Shown here: positions 48,835-58,812 of the stretch, in pieces
How the letters are laid out: the number at the start of each line of letters is the position of its first letter
How positions within the stretch are numbered: the stretch's first letter is position 1
From: an uncultured Candidatus Ruthturnera sp.
Lineage (GTDB): Bacteria; Pseudomonadota; Gammaproteobacteria; PS1; Pseudothioglobaceae
Direction: 5' to 3'
Assembly (NCBI GenBank): GCA_964448305.1
Contig: CAYUWB010000001.1
Coordinates: forward strand, 11,704 to 75,703
Length of the DNA: 64,000 nucleotides
Program-made: the position numbers and the translations under genes
Notes under the pieces: model-generated
The model's input: only the letters and a program-made list of their open reading frames with translations
Database searches by the model: none
What the model was told of the DNA's origin: nothing

Positions 48835-51483
48835 ATGGCAAATCAAGATATCGATCCGTTAGAAACCCAAGAATGGCTAGAAGCCTTTAAATCTGTCGCC
48901 AAAGTCGAAGGCGATGATCGTGCAAAATTTCTATTAAATCAGCTAATGGATATGGCGCATCACGAAGGTATGGATCTGCCAAGTGGTGTGAATACAGCTT
49001 ATCTTAATAGTATTGGTTTAGACAAAGAAGTTGAGACTGATATTAGCGCTGAGATTGAAGAAAAAATATCGGCGATTATTCGTTGGAATGCAATGGTGAT
49101 GGTGGTTAAAGCCAACCAACTGCCTTATGATTTGGGCGGCCATATTGCTTCATTTGCTTCAAGCGCAACCTTGTACGAGGTTGCTTTTAATCATTTTTAT
49201 CGTGGCCCTGATGCTGATCAAGGTGCAGATTTAATTTTCTTCCAAGGGCATATTTCTCCAGGTATTTATTCCCGTGCTTATTTAGAAGGACGTATTACTG
49301 AAGAACAGATGTTGTTATTCCGACAAGAGGCAGGTAAAGACGGCTTAAGTTCGTACCCACACCCGTGGCTGATGCCAGATTTTTGGCAGTTCCCAACAGT
49401 GTCAATGGGTTTAGGTCCAATCATGGCGATTTACCAAGCGCGCTTTATGAAATACCTTCATCATCGTGAAATCAAGCAAACAGATAAACGTACCGTTTGG
49501 GCGTATTTAGGCGATGGTGAAACCGACGAGCCAGAATCACTGGGTGCGATTTCAATGGCTGGCCGTGAAAAACTAGACAACCTTGTGTTTGTGATTAACT
49601 GTAATTTACAGCGCCTTGATGGCCCAGTACGAGGCAATGGTAAGATTATTCAAGAGCTCGAAGGCATGTTCCGTGGCGCAGGCTGGAATGTTATTAAAGT
49701 AATTTGGGGTGGCAAGTGGGATGAGTTGTTTGCCAAAGATACCGACGGTTTACTTAGAAAACGTATGGAAGAAGTGGTGGACGGCGAGTATCAAGCTTAT
49801 AAAGCTAAAGATGGCGCCTATGTGCGCAAGCATTTCTTTGGTAAATATCCTGAATTATTAGCTATGGTTGAGCACATGAGTGATGATGAAATTTATCACT
49901 TAAATCGTGGTGGTCATGATCCTTACAAAGTATTCCAAGCCTACCATGCAGCTAAAGCTTGTAGCGATAAACCAACGGTTATTCTAGCTAAAACGGTTAA
50001 AGGTTACGGCATGGGTGAAGCAGGTGAAGGGCAAAACACCACGCACTCGCAAAAGAAACTTGGCCTAGAACAAGTGGAAATTTTTGCCAAACGTTTTGAT
50101 GTACCGGTTACTGAAATTGATGCCAAAGAACTTAATTTTTATAAGCCAGCGCCTGACAGCGAGGAAATGACTTACCTGAATGCTCAGCGTGAAAAATTGG
50201 GTGGTTCGGTGCCCGTGCGTTCATTTGAATTAGAAGATTTAAAAGCCCCAGAATTAGATGTATTTAAAGCTTTGTTGGAGTCTAGTGGTGATCGTGAAAT
50301 GTCAACCACAATGGCGCTTAACCGTGTTATGACCTTACTGGTTCGTGACAAACAACTTGGCCCTAAAGTGGTACCAATTATTCCTGATGAGGCGCGTACC
50401 TTTGGCATGGAAGGCTTGTTTAGACAGCTTGGTATTTACTCAGCATCTGGCCAACTTTACCAGCCAGAAGACCACGATAAAGTTATGTGGTACAAAGAAG
50501 ACAAAAAAGGCCAGGTATTGCAAGAAGGTATTAATGAAGCAGGTGCAATCTCTGATTGGATCGCAGCAGCAACGTCTTATGCGACGCATAATACCACGAT
50601 GATTCCATTCTATATTTACTACTCTAAGTTTGGTTTTCAGCGTGTGGGTGACTTGGCTTGGGCAGCAGGTGATATGCAAGCCAAAGGCTTCTTGATTGGA
50701 GGTACAGCAGGACGTACAACACTTAATGGTGAAGGCTTGCAACACCAAGATGGTGACTCTCATTTAGTGGCTAATACCATTCCAAATTGTATTTCTTATG
50801 ACCCAACTTACGCTTATGAGTTAGCCGTTATTATTCGCAGCGGTATTTATAGAATGTATGAAAATCATGAAAATATTTTCTACTACATTACCACAATGAA
50901 CGAGTTGTATGCGCATCCAGAAATGCCAGCAGGTACAGAAGAAGGCATTATCAAGGGCATTTACCCACTCAAAGAAGTGGGTGCAGGCGACAAGCAAGTG
51001 CAGCTGATGGGCTGTGGTACGATTTTAAGAGAGGTTGAAAAAGCAGCGACAATGTTGGCTGATGATTGGGGTGTTAAATCAAGCATCTGGTCAGTGACGA
51101 GTTTTAATGAATTGACACGTGAAGCCCAAGCAATTGATCGAGAAAATCGCTTTAGTACTGATGCGCCAAAAGTGCCTTACATTACCCAGTGTTTAGCAGA
51201 TGCTAAAGGCCCGGTGATTGCCACGACAGATTACATGCGAAACTATGCTGAGCAAGTGCGTAAATATATTCCAGGGCGTTATGAAGTACTAGGTACGGAT
51301 GGTTTTGGTCGTTCTGACTCACGTGCAGCGCTTAGAGATTTCTTTGAAGTAGATGCCAATTACGTTACACTTGCTGCGCTTAAAGCTTTAGTTGACGAAG
51401 GTGAGATGGATGCTTCAGTTATTGCACAAGCAGTTGAAAAATACGGTATAAATACAGACAAACCAAATCCAATGTCGGTGTAG
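48835..51483 (+). CDS. aceE: Pyruvate dehydrogenase E1 component (homodimeric type)
   Basis: DPLETQEWLEAF, GGHIASFASSA and YLGDGETDEPESLGA motifs. 882 aa. Confidence 0.95.
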   Translation: MANQDIDPLETQEWLEAFKSVAKVEGDDRAKFLLNQLMDMAHHEGMDLPSGVNTAYLNSIGLDKEVETDISAEIEEKISAIIRWNAMVMVVKANQLPYDLGGHIASFASSATLYEVAFNHFYRGPDADQGADLIFFQGHISPGIYSRAYLEGRITEEQMLLFRQEAGKDGLSSYPHPWLMPDFWQFPTVSMGLGPIMAIYQARFMKYLHHREIKQTDKRTVWAYLGDGETDEPESLGAISMAGREKLDNLVFVINCNLQRLDGPVRGNGKIIQELEGMFRGAGWNVIKVIWGGKWDELFAKDTDGLLRKRMEEVVDGEYQAYKAKDGAYVRKHFFGKYPELLAMVEHMSDDEIYHLNRGGHDPYKVFQAYHAAKACSDKPTVILAKTVKGYGMGEAGEGQNTTHSQKKLGLEQVEIFAKRFDVPVTEIDAKELNFYKPAPDSEEMTYLNAQREKLGGSVPVRSFELEDLKAPELDVFKALLESSGDREMSTTMALNRVMTLLVRDKQLGPKVVPIIPDEARTFGMEGLFRQLGIYSASGQLYQPEDHDKVMWYKEDKKGQVLQEGINEAGAISDWIAAATSYATHNTTMIPFYIYYSKFGFQRVGDLAWAAGDMQAKGFLIGGTAGRTTLNGEGLQHQDGDSHLVANTIPNCISYDPTYAYELAVIIRSGIYRMYENHENIFYYITTMNELYAHPEMPAGTEEGIIKGIYPLKEVGAGDKQVQLMGCGTILREVEKAATMLADDWGVKSSIWSVTSFNELTREAQAIDRENRFSTDAPKVPYITQCLADAKGPVIATTDYMRNYAEQVRKYIPGRYEVLGTDGFGRSDSRAALRDFFEVDANYVTLAALKALVDEGEMDASVIAQAVEKYGINTDKPNPMSV

Positions 51484-51509
51484 GGATAATTCTTAAATAG
51501 GGGGAGAGA

Positions 51510-51848
51510 ATGACACAAGAAGAGTATTTAGAAGCATTAAGGTCAGGCGCAAGAATGAAGTTTGAAGACTTGACTGCACTGATTGATGATGATTACAACT
51601 ACACGCCAGCTGCTTTTACTAATGGCGAAGTTGAGAATGCTGCTGATGAAAATCAAGGTAGTGCCAAGTTATTTTGTTTTGCTGCGATTCACCAGCTTTC
51701 TCAATTAGAAACACTGCATTGTTTTGGCCAGTATTACCAAGACGTATTAAATACGCCAGATAGCGATTCTCATGCTAATATTCGTAATTTTATGACTTAT
51801 GGCTGGGAAGGTTTAAAGTTTGATTCGCCTGTTCTAGATAGAAAATAA
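51510..51848 (+). CDS. HopJ (HopPmaJ) type III effector-family protein
   Basis: FTNGEVENAADENQGSAKLFCFA...TLHCFGQYYQDVL...HANIRNF..YGWEGLKF matches the remembered PF08888 pattern. Confidence 0.7.
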   Translation: MTQEEYLEALRSGARMKFEDLTALIDDDYNYTPAAFTNGEVENAADENQGSAKLFCFAAIHQLSQLETLHCFGQYYQDVLNTPDSDSHANIRNFMTYGWEGLKFDSPVLDRK

Positions 51849-51861
51849 AAAAACTAGAATT

Positions 51862-52071
51862 TTAATAATGCGGTGGCGGCTTGTCATCAACTGCTTGTGT
51901 ACCACCTTCTGATTTATCTTTGAGTTGCTCTATCTGAGTCGATAGGTGTTTGATCATTTCTTCTAGTTCATCAGCCTTTTGCATTTGGCGAAAAACAACC
52001 TTGTTCAACTCCTCAATCGTATGATCAAGATAAGCAATTTTTTCTTCCAATTCAATTAGTTTTTCACTCAT
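51862..52071 (-). CDS. slyX: SlyX-family coiled-coil protein
   Basis: 69 aa. LIELEEKIAYLDHTIEELNKVV coiled coil typical of SlyX. Confidence 0.7.
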   Translation of the reverse strand: MSEKLIELEEKIAYLDHTIEELNKVVFRQMQKADELEEMIKHLSTQIEQLKDKSEGGTQAVDDKPPPHY

Positions 52072-52943
52072 GTTTTGTCCTTGGTAAATTTTCCACCATA
52101 TTCATAGTAACCTAGCCCGATTAGTACAAGAATGATACCGCTTAGTTGGGCGTTTGTTAGGGTTTCATTATTAAGACTTGTGCCAAGTAATAGAGCAAAT
52201 ATTGGTGTTATTAATGGCACAATACCAACCACTCTAACGCTGGTATGGCGGATTAAGTAGTAGTACGACATAAAACCAATCACTGATCCGAATAGCGCCA
52301 GATAACTAATAGACAAGGCAGCTTTAAGTGTAATGATTGGAATACTTCCTTCGGTTAAGACCCAGCTAACAACAAACAAAGGTACACTAACAATAAGCGC
52401 ACCTGTGGTGGTTTCTAATGCGGAAATATGAGCATTGATTTGCTTTAGTTTAACCGAGATAAAAGACTGAAAAGCCATGGCAAAAGTTAGCGCTAATAAG
52501 CCTGTTATCATTTCAGCTGAAATACTTAATGCTTGTTTAAAGATAACAATAAGTCCTGTCAAACCTAACAATAATCCTGCTATTTTATGAAACCTAAAGA
52601 AAGACTCTTGTAATAGTAATAAAGCAAAAACTCCGGTAATGATTGGTGTTAATCCGAATACGACTGAGATAATGCCTGAAGGTATGGTTTGGGAAGAAAA
52701 ATATACCAAACTCATGGTAACAAATACACCCAGCCCTGCGTAGATGTAATTACTAATAGCGGCATTGGATTTGGTTAGCGTTTGTTTTTTAATCGTCAGA
52801 ATAGCAAAACAAATAATCAACCCTAGTAGCATCCTAGAGGCAACACCAAAGTTAAAGCTTGACCCCAATGTTGACCATTGAATAGCCAGTGGCGTGGTTG
52901 ACCAAATAGCAACAACTGATAGAAAGGCTAAATAGATTGGCAT
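52068..52943 (-). CDS. EamA/DMT-family transporter
   Basis: 10 TM helices in two EamA-like halves. 291 aa. ATGA overlap with slyX. Confidence 0.8.
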   Translation of the reverse strand: MPIYLAFLSVVAIWSTTPLAIQWSTLGSSFNFGVASRMLLGLIICFAILTIKKQTLTKSNAAISNYIYAGLGVFVTMSLVYFSSQTIPSGIISVVFGLTPIITGVFALLLLQESFFRFHKIAGLLLGLTGLIVIFKQALSISAEMITGLLALTFAMAFQSFISVKLKQINAHISALETTTGALIVSVPLFVVSWVLTEGSIPIITLKAALSISYLALFGSVIGFMSYYYLIRHTSVRVVGIVPLITPIFALLLGTSLNNETLTNAQLSGIILVLIGLGYYEYGGKFTKDKT

Positions 52944-52954
52944 ATGGGTATAGT

Positions 52955-52984
52955 AATAAAAAAAGCCACCGTTAAGGTGGCTTT
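52955..52984 (-). terminator. Rho-independent terminator of pnp
   Basis: On the minus strand, AAAGCCACC-TTAAC-GGTGGCTTT is followed by a T-run. Confidence 0.75.
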
Positions 52985-53007
52985 CATTTAAAAGAATAAT
53001 TAGATTA

Positions 53008-55101
53008 TTATTTATCTAAAAGCACTTTACGAGACAGCTTGATACGGCCTCTGTCTAAACCAAGTACTTTAACATCAATCTCGTCACCTTCTTTTAAGTA
53101 GTCTTCTACTTTTTCTACACGCTCATGAGCGATTTCAGAAATATGTAGCAAGCCATCTTGATTCGGCATGATGTTTACAAATGCACCAAACTCAACAATC
53201 TTGACCACTTTACCGGCGTAAACTTTATCTACTTCAGGCACAGCAGTTACGTCTTTTACCATCTGAACCGCAGTATCAAAGGCTTTTTGATCGTTTGCAA
53301 AAATATTAACGTTACCATTGTCATCAACGTCAACATTTGCGCCAGATGTTGAAATAATGCCTTTAATGGTTTCACCGCCTTTACCAATAAGATCGCGAAT
53401 CTTGTCAGTTTTGATTTTAACAACAGCTGTCTTAGGTGCGTTTTTGCTTGAAGTATTAGGCTCACAAATCACTTTATTCATTTCACCTAAGATGTGTAAT
53501 CTTGCATCTTTTGCTTGTTTTAGTGCGATATCCATAATCTCTTGGGTGATGCCCTGGATCTTGATGTCCATTTGTAATGCATTAACACCGCGCGATGTAC
53601 CTGCTACTTTAAAGTCCATATCGCCTAAGTGATCTTCATCGCCTAAGATATCAGTTAGTACAGTAAATCTATCGTCTTCTTTAACAAGGCCCATAGCAAT
53701 ACCAGCGACTGGCGCTTTCATTGGAACGCCTGCATCCATTAGTGACAATGATGAACCACACACACTCGCCATTGATGAAGAGCCGTTAGATTCAGTGATT
53801 TCTGAAACCACACGCACTGTGTACGGGAATTCTTCAATCGTTGGAAGACAAGCAGAAATACCACGACGTGCGAGACGACCATGGCCAATTTCACGACGAC
53901 CTGTGCCACCCATACGACCGGTTTCACCAACAGAGTATGGTGGGAAGTTGTAGTGTAGTAAGAAGTAATCATTTTGACGCTCAGAGGCTTCTAGTTTTTC
54001 AATCAGCTGTGCTTCACGCTTAGAGCCTAATGTAGTTACCACTAGCGCTTGCGTTTCACCACGAGTAAATAAGGCAGAACCATGTGTGTTTTCTAACACA
54101 CCTGTTTCAACTTTTAATCCACGAACGGTTGTGTTGTCACGGCCATCAATACGTGGCTCATTACTTAAGATACGCTCACGAACGGTTGATTTTTCAACTT
54201 TCTTAAAGTATTTAGAAACTTCTTCAGCTGAATTACCGTCTTCATCATCACTGGCCAGTGCTTCAATTACAGCAGCTTTAATTTCACCTACTTTAGCGTA
54301 GCGATCCATTTTTTCTTTGATTTGGTATGCTTCGTTTACTTGATCACCAAATTGTGACTGAATGTCACCTAGTAATGCTTCGTTTGTTTCTGGTGCTTTC
54401 CAATCCCACTGTTCGGTGCCAACTTCAGCAGCAAACTCAGCAATGTTACTAATTGCTACTTGGAATTGCTCATGTGCGTGCATAACAGCGCCTAGCATAA
54501 CTTCTTCAGATAATTCTGCTGCTTCTGATTCAACCATCAATACCGCTTCATCTGTACCAGCCACAACCATATCTAGATCTGACTCAGCTAACTCAGAGTA
54601 AGTTGGGTTAAGGATGTAATCACCGTCTTTGTAACCCACACGTGCACCACCAATTGGGCCGTTAAATGGAATACCTGAAATTGAAAGCGCTGCTGATACA
54701 CCTAGCATTGCAATCATATCTGGATCCACTTCAGAGTTTGCAGAAATAACCGTAATAATCACCTGAACTTCGTTCATGAAGCCAGCAGGGAACAATGGGC
54801 GAATAGGGCGGTCGATTAAACGAGAAGTTAATGTTTCTTTTTCGCTTGGTCTTGCTTCACGCTTTAAGAATCCACCAGGAATCTTGCCGGCAGCGTATGT
54901 TTTTTCAACATAGTCTACTGATAATGGGAAGAAATCTTGACCAGGGCGCATTTCTTTAGAGCCAACAACCGTAACCAATACTTGTGTGTCGTCCATGCTT
55001 GCTAGTACTGCACCATGTGCTTGACGTGCTACGCGGCCAGTTTCTAATGTAATTGTGTGTTTGCCCATGGCAAAGCTTTTTTTAACGATATTCATTTCCA
55101 T
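53008..55101 (-). CDS. pnp: Polyribonucleotide nucleotidyltransferase (PNPase)
   Basis: [14 protein letters not shown], two RNase PH domains ([10 protein letters not shown]), then KH and S1 domains. 697 aa. GGAGG SD. Confidence 0.95.
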   Translation of the reverse strand: MEMNIVKKSFAMGKHTITLETGRVARQAHGAVLASMDDTQVLVTVVGSKEMRPGQDFFPLSVDYVEKTYAAGKIPGGFLKREARPSEKETLTSRLIDRPIRPLFPAGFMNEVQVIITVISANSEVDPDMIAMLGVSAALSISGIPFNGPIGGARVGYKDGDYILNPTYSELAESDLDMVVAGTDEAVLMVESEAAELSEEVMLGAVMHAHEQFQVAISNIAEFAAEVGTEQWDWKAPETNEALLGDIQSQFGDQVNEAYQIKEKMDRYAKVGEIKAAVIEALASDDEDGNSAEEVSKYFKKVEKSTVRERILSNEPRIDGRDNTTVRGLKVETGVLENTHGSALFTRGETQALVVTTLGSKREAQLIEKLEASERQNDYFLLHYNFPPYSVGETGRMGGTGRREIGHGRLARRGISACLPTIEEFPYTVRVVSEITESNGSSSMASVCGSSLSLMDAGVPMKAPVAGIAMGLVKEDDRFTVLTDILGDEDHLGDMDFKVAGTSRGVNALQMDIKIQGITQEIMDIALKQAKDARLHILGEMNKVICEPNTSSKNAPKTAVVKIKTDKIRDLIGKGGETIKGIISTSGANVDVDDNGNVNIFANDQKAFDTAVQMVKDVTAVPEVDKVYAGKVVKIVEFGAFVNIMPNQDGLLHISEIAHERVEKVEDYLKEGDEIDVKVLGLDRGRIKLSRKVLLDK

Positions 55102-55241
55102 GAAAACCTCCGTAAGATAATTAAAAGGAATTTTATGGTTTGAATTGGATAAGCTTTATTTGAAACATACCAGTCGATACGTTTTAGATAAAACTTAAGA
55201 CAGAACTTTAAGCCATAAAACGAGAGTTATTATCCCTAAAA

Positions 55242-56324
55242 TCAATCGATTATGTATATTAAATTTTTCTTAAATAGCTCAATTGTAAGTTCTGGGTATT
55301 GAGTTGCCTCAATACTACGATGATTGCAAAACCCAATCACAGATTGTTTGTCAAATCCCTGTGTGTTAAATGGTTCGCCATTGATGAATACTTTGAGTAT
55401 TTTGCCATCTAAGAGGTAGACGACTTTACAACTTGGGTGTAGTTGATAATGTGCTTGATTGTTAAATGTATCAGGCTCAAAGTGTTGTAATAATTGCACA
55501 TCTAACGAGTCTATTTGAGTTACAAAACAGGCAAATTCTTCAGCGCTAATATCAAGTATTTTCTGTGCTTGGGTGATGGCCGAGTTAGGGATTAATGCTG
55601 GTGTGTTTTGACTATGCCAAACAGGGTCTTGATAATATTGATGATTATCGCTAGATTGTTGACCGACTGATTCAAACAACTCATTAGCTGAATAAGCACG
55701 ATAACCAAACGATAAGGTGGTGCAATCGTCATCTAAGCTAACACCATGATGCGCTACTTTCGGTGGCACATACAACACATCTCCTGGTTCCACATCCCAC
55801 ACATGCTCTACCTCAAAAGTATTCATTATTCTAAGTGGCACATCATCGAGATAGTTGTCTAACTCACAGTGCTTACTACCAATATGCCAACGACGCTTAC
55901 CACTACCTTGTAGCAAGAAAACATCGTAGTAATCAAAATGTGGACCAACACTACCACCTTTAGCTGCATATGAGATCATGACATCGTCAAAGCGCCAACG
56001 CGGAATAAAATCAAAGTGTTTAATCAGTTCATACGCTTCATCATCAAATCGATCCACGCCTTGTACTAATAACGTCCAGTCTTGATCAGGCAGTTGGGTA
56101 AAGGTGTTTTCAGACAATGGGCCATTGGTTAGTGACCATTGATTATCATTAATTGAACCGGTGATTAAGCGTGACTCAAATACTTCTTCTAGTGATAATC
56201 CTGCTAACTCATCTGGTGTAATGGGCGAGATAAAATCAGGCAAAGCCTGTTTGATTAGCAAAGGCTTTTTTTGCCAATAATCAGCTAAAAATTCTTCTAC
56301 AGATATTGCACCGAAATGAATCAT
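55242..56324 (-). CDS. JmjC/cupin-4 ribosomal-protein oxygenase (RoxA/YcfD-like)
   Basis: GGSVGPHFDYYDVFLLQGSGKRRWHIG parallels the E. coli YcfD Fe(II) site. 360 aa. Confidence 0.8.
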   Translation of the reverse strand: MIHFGAISVEEFLADYWQKKPLLIKQALPDFISPITPDELAGLSLEEVFESRLITGSINDNQWSLTNGPLSENTFTQLPDQDWTLLVQGVDRFDDEAYELIKHFDFIPRWRFDDVMISYAAKGGSVGPHFDYYDVFLLQGSGKRRWHIGSKHCELDNYLDDVPLRIMNTFEVEHVWDVEPGDVLYVPPKVAHHGVSLDDDCTTLSFGYRAYSANELFESVGQQSSDNHQYYQDPVWHSQNTPALIPNSAITQAQKILDISAEEFACFVTQIDSLDVQLLQHFEPDTFNNQAHYQLHPSCKVVYLLDGKILKVFINGEPFNTQGFDKQSVIGFCNHRSIEATQYPELTIELFKKNLIYIID

Positions 56325-56430
56325 TGGTCGTTAAAATATTTTTATACTTAATACAGTTGTACTAAATTTTACCTTTGATCTGGTATTCGGTCATTAATTA
56401 AACATTTTATTGTAACTAATAGCTAAACTT

Positions 56431-57453
56431 ATGGATCCTCTTTCCCAAGCCGTATTAGGCGCGAGCCTGTCACAATCATTGGCTAAAAAATACTCAACCC
56501 AGTTGAGCGCCATGTTGGTAGGCGCTTTGGCTGGAATGGCACCAGATTTAGATGCATTTATATATTCCAACACTGACCCGCTAGTGTATTTAGAATTTCA
56601 TCGACAATTTACACACTCACTTATTTTTATACCACTAGGTGCATTAATTTGCGCTCTGGTGTTTTATTATTTTTGGTTTAATCGTCAATGGTCAAAAGTT
56701 AAGTTGTCTTTTTTACAAGTGTATTTCTTCTCTTTCCTAGGTTATGCAACACATGGATTTTTGGATGCAAATACTTCGTATGGAACACAGTTACTATGGC
56801 CATTTTCCAACGAACGATTTGCTTGGCATAACATTTCTATTGTTGATCCATTGTTTACGCTGCCATTGTTAATATTGATTGTGATTTCTGTTTATCGAAA
56901 AACCTCACGCTATGCAAAGATAGCTTTTGTCTATGCAATGCTATATCTGAGTATTGGGCTGATTCAACAGCAACGTGCAGAGCAATCGTTAGCAGAGTTA
57001 GCACAGCAACGCGGACACACAATAGAGCGTTTACTTGTTAAACCCAGTTTTGGTAATCGTCATGTATGGAAGATGCTTTATGAACATGATGGGCGTTACT
57101 ATGTAGATGCAGTGAAGTTATTGTGGAATAGGCAGTATATTAAAGGGGGTTCGATTAAAAAATTAAATCTTGAGCAAGATATTCCGTATCTTCTAGAGCA
57201 TTCTCAATCAGCAAAAGACATAGAACGATTCAGATGGTTTTCTAATGACTTTTTGGCACTGAATCCCAACAATAATAATCAAATAACAGATGTTAGGAAT
57301 TCGATGTTGCCAAATAGCACACAGCTGTTATTTGGCATTGAGTTAGATCGAGAAAAACTCGAAAACGGTGATTTAAAGGCACACGTTGACTTTATTGCTA
57401 ACAATAAAATAAACAAGAAAACGAGAGATGTTTATTTAAATATGCTGTTCTAG
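56431..57453 (+). CDS. YdjM-family membrane-bound metal-dependent hydrolase with C-terminal extension (paralogue 2)
   Basis: MDPLSQAVLGASLS, APDLDAF, HRQFTHSL and ATHGFLDANT motifs. 340 aa. Confidence 0.7.
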   Translation: MDPLSQAVLGASLSQSLAKKYSTQLSAMLVGALAGMAPDLDAFIYSNTDPLVYLEFHRQFTHSLIFIPLGALICALVFYYFWFNRQWSKVKLSFLQVYFFSFLGYATHGFLDANTSYGTQLLWPFSNERFAWHNISIVDPLFTLPLLILIVISVYRKTSRYAKIAFVYAMLYLSIGLIQQQRAEQSLAELAQQRGHTIERLLVKPSFGNRHVWKMLYEHDGRYYVDAVKLLWNRQYIKGGSIKKLNLEQDIPYLLEHSQSAKDIERFRWFSNDFLALNPNNNNQITDVRNSMLPNSTQLLFGIELDREKLENGDLKAHVDFIANNKINKKTRDVYLNMLF

Positions 57454-57560
57454 CGTGTTGCAATTAAAGCCAATTAATTCAGTAAAACGCCTTTAATACT
57501 TGTTACTAATTATTCCCTTGATGTAAAATTTAGTGATTTTTTAGTTATAAATATAAATAT

Positions 57561-58751
57561 ATGATTATTAGTAAATTTAAAGAGTTTATAAAACTTGAAG
57601 CAGCAGGCGGAATCTTATTGTTTGTAGCTGGCTTGTTGGCCATGATAATTGCTAACTCTTCATTTGATTACATTTATAAGGCTTTTCTTGATACACCTGT
57701 GGCTATTAAGTTTGGTGACTTTGAAATCGCCAAACCTTTATTGTTATGGGTAAATGATGGGTTGATGGCTATCTTTTTCTTTTTAATCGGCTTAGAATTA
57801 AAAAGAGATTTTTTAGCAGGAGAGTTATCAGACCCTTCGCGTGTTGCACTCCCTGTAATTGCCGCTATTGGAGGAATGGCTGTACCGGCAGCATTCTATG
57901 TTGCACTTAATTGGGGTGATTCGGTGGCATTACAAGGATGGGCAATACCCTCTGCTACTGATATCGCATTTGCCCTTGGTGTATTAGCCTTATTAGGAAG
58001 CAGGGTGCCAACCAGCCTTAAGTTATTTTTAGCTACTTTAGCTATTATTGATGACATGGGAGCTATTGTTATTATTGCGATTTTCTACACTGCGGAACTA
58101 TCGGTATCTTCTTTGCTTATTGCGCTAGTCGCGATTATTATTTTATATTCGATGAATAAAAAAGGGGTTTTAAGTTTAGCTCCTTACGTTTTGATCGGTA
58201 TTATTTTTTGGGCAGCTGTTTTAAAATCAGGGGTTCATGCGACTTTAGCTGGCGTAATTACTGCATTTTTTATTCCTTTTAAGAAATTAGAAGGGGAGTC
58301 TAAAACCCAACTAGAAAAACTTGAATACGACCTACATCCATCTGTTGCATTTGCAATCTTGCCTTTGTTTGCCTTTGCTAATGCAGGTGTTTCTTTTGAG
58401 GGGCTTACAATTGACTCTCTACTTCACCCTGTTCCGCTTGGAATTGCGGTTGGGTTGTTTTTTGGAAAACAAATAGGTGTTTTATTATTTAGTTGGTTAA
58501 CAATTAGATTGGGTATTGCCAAGCTTCCTTCAGGCGGTACATGGGCGCATTTATACGGCGTATCTTTGCTATGTGGTATTGGCTTTACAATGAGTTTGTT
58601 TATCGGCACATTGGCATTTAATCAAGCCGGTGTTGATTATGCAGTCGACGAGAGATTGGGTATTCTTGTAGGGTCTTTACTCTCTGGGTTACTTGGTTAT
58701 TTTTTCTTAAGGTATTTCACTAAAGACTGTACAGAGAAAGCAAAGCCCTAG
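57561..58751 (+). CDS. nhaA: Na+/H+ antiporter NhaA
   Basis: WVNDGLMAIFFFLIGLELKRD and AIIDDMGAIVIIA (Asp pair) motifs. 396 aa. Confidence 0.9.
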   Translation: MIISKFKEFIKLEAAGGILLFVAGLLAMIIANSSFDYIYKAFLDTPVAIKFGDFEIAKPLLLWVNDGLMAIFFFLIGLELKRDFLAGELSDPSRVALPVIAAIGGMAVPAAFYVALNWGDSVALQGWAIPSATDIAFALGVLALLGSRVPTSLKLFLATLAIIDDMGAIVIIAIFYTAELSVSSLLIALVAIIILYSMNKKGVLSLAPYVLIGIIFWAAVLKSGVHATLAGVITAFFIPFKKLEGESKTQLEKLEYDLHPSVAFAILPLFAFANAGVSFEGLTIDSLLHPVPLGIAVGLFFGKQIGVLLFSWLTIRLGIAKLPSGGTWAHLYGVSLLCGIGFTMSLFIGTLAFNQAGVDYAVDERLGILVGSLLSGLLGYFFLRYFTKDCTEKAKP

Positions 58752-58766
58752 TGAATATAAGTAGTT

Positions 58767-58795
58767 TTTATAGTTATTGTTTTAATAACTATAAA
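58767..58795. terminator. AT-rich 12-bp hairpin between convergent nhaA and guaB
   Basis: TTTATAGTTATT-GTTTT-AATAACTATAAA. Confidence 0.5.
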
Positions 58796-58812
58796 GACAT
58801 GTAAGACTTTCT

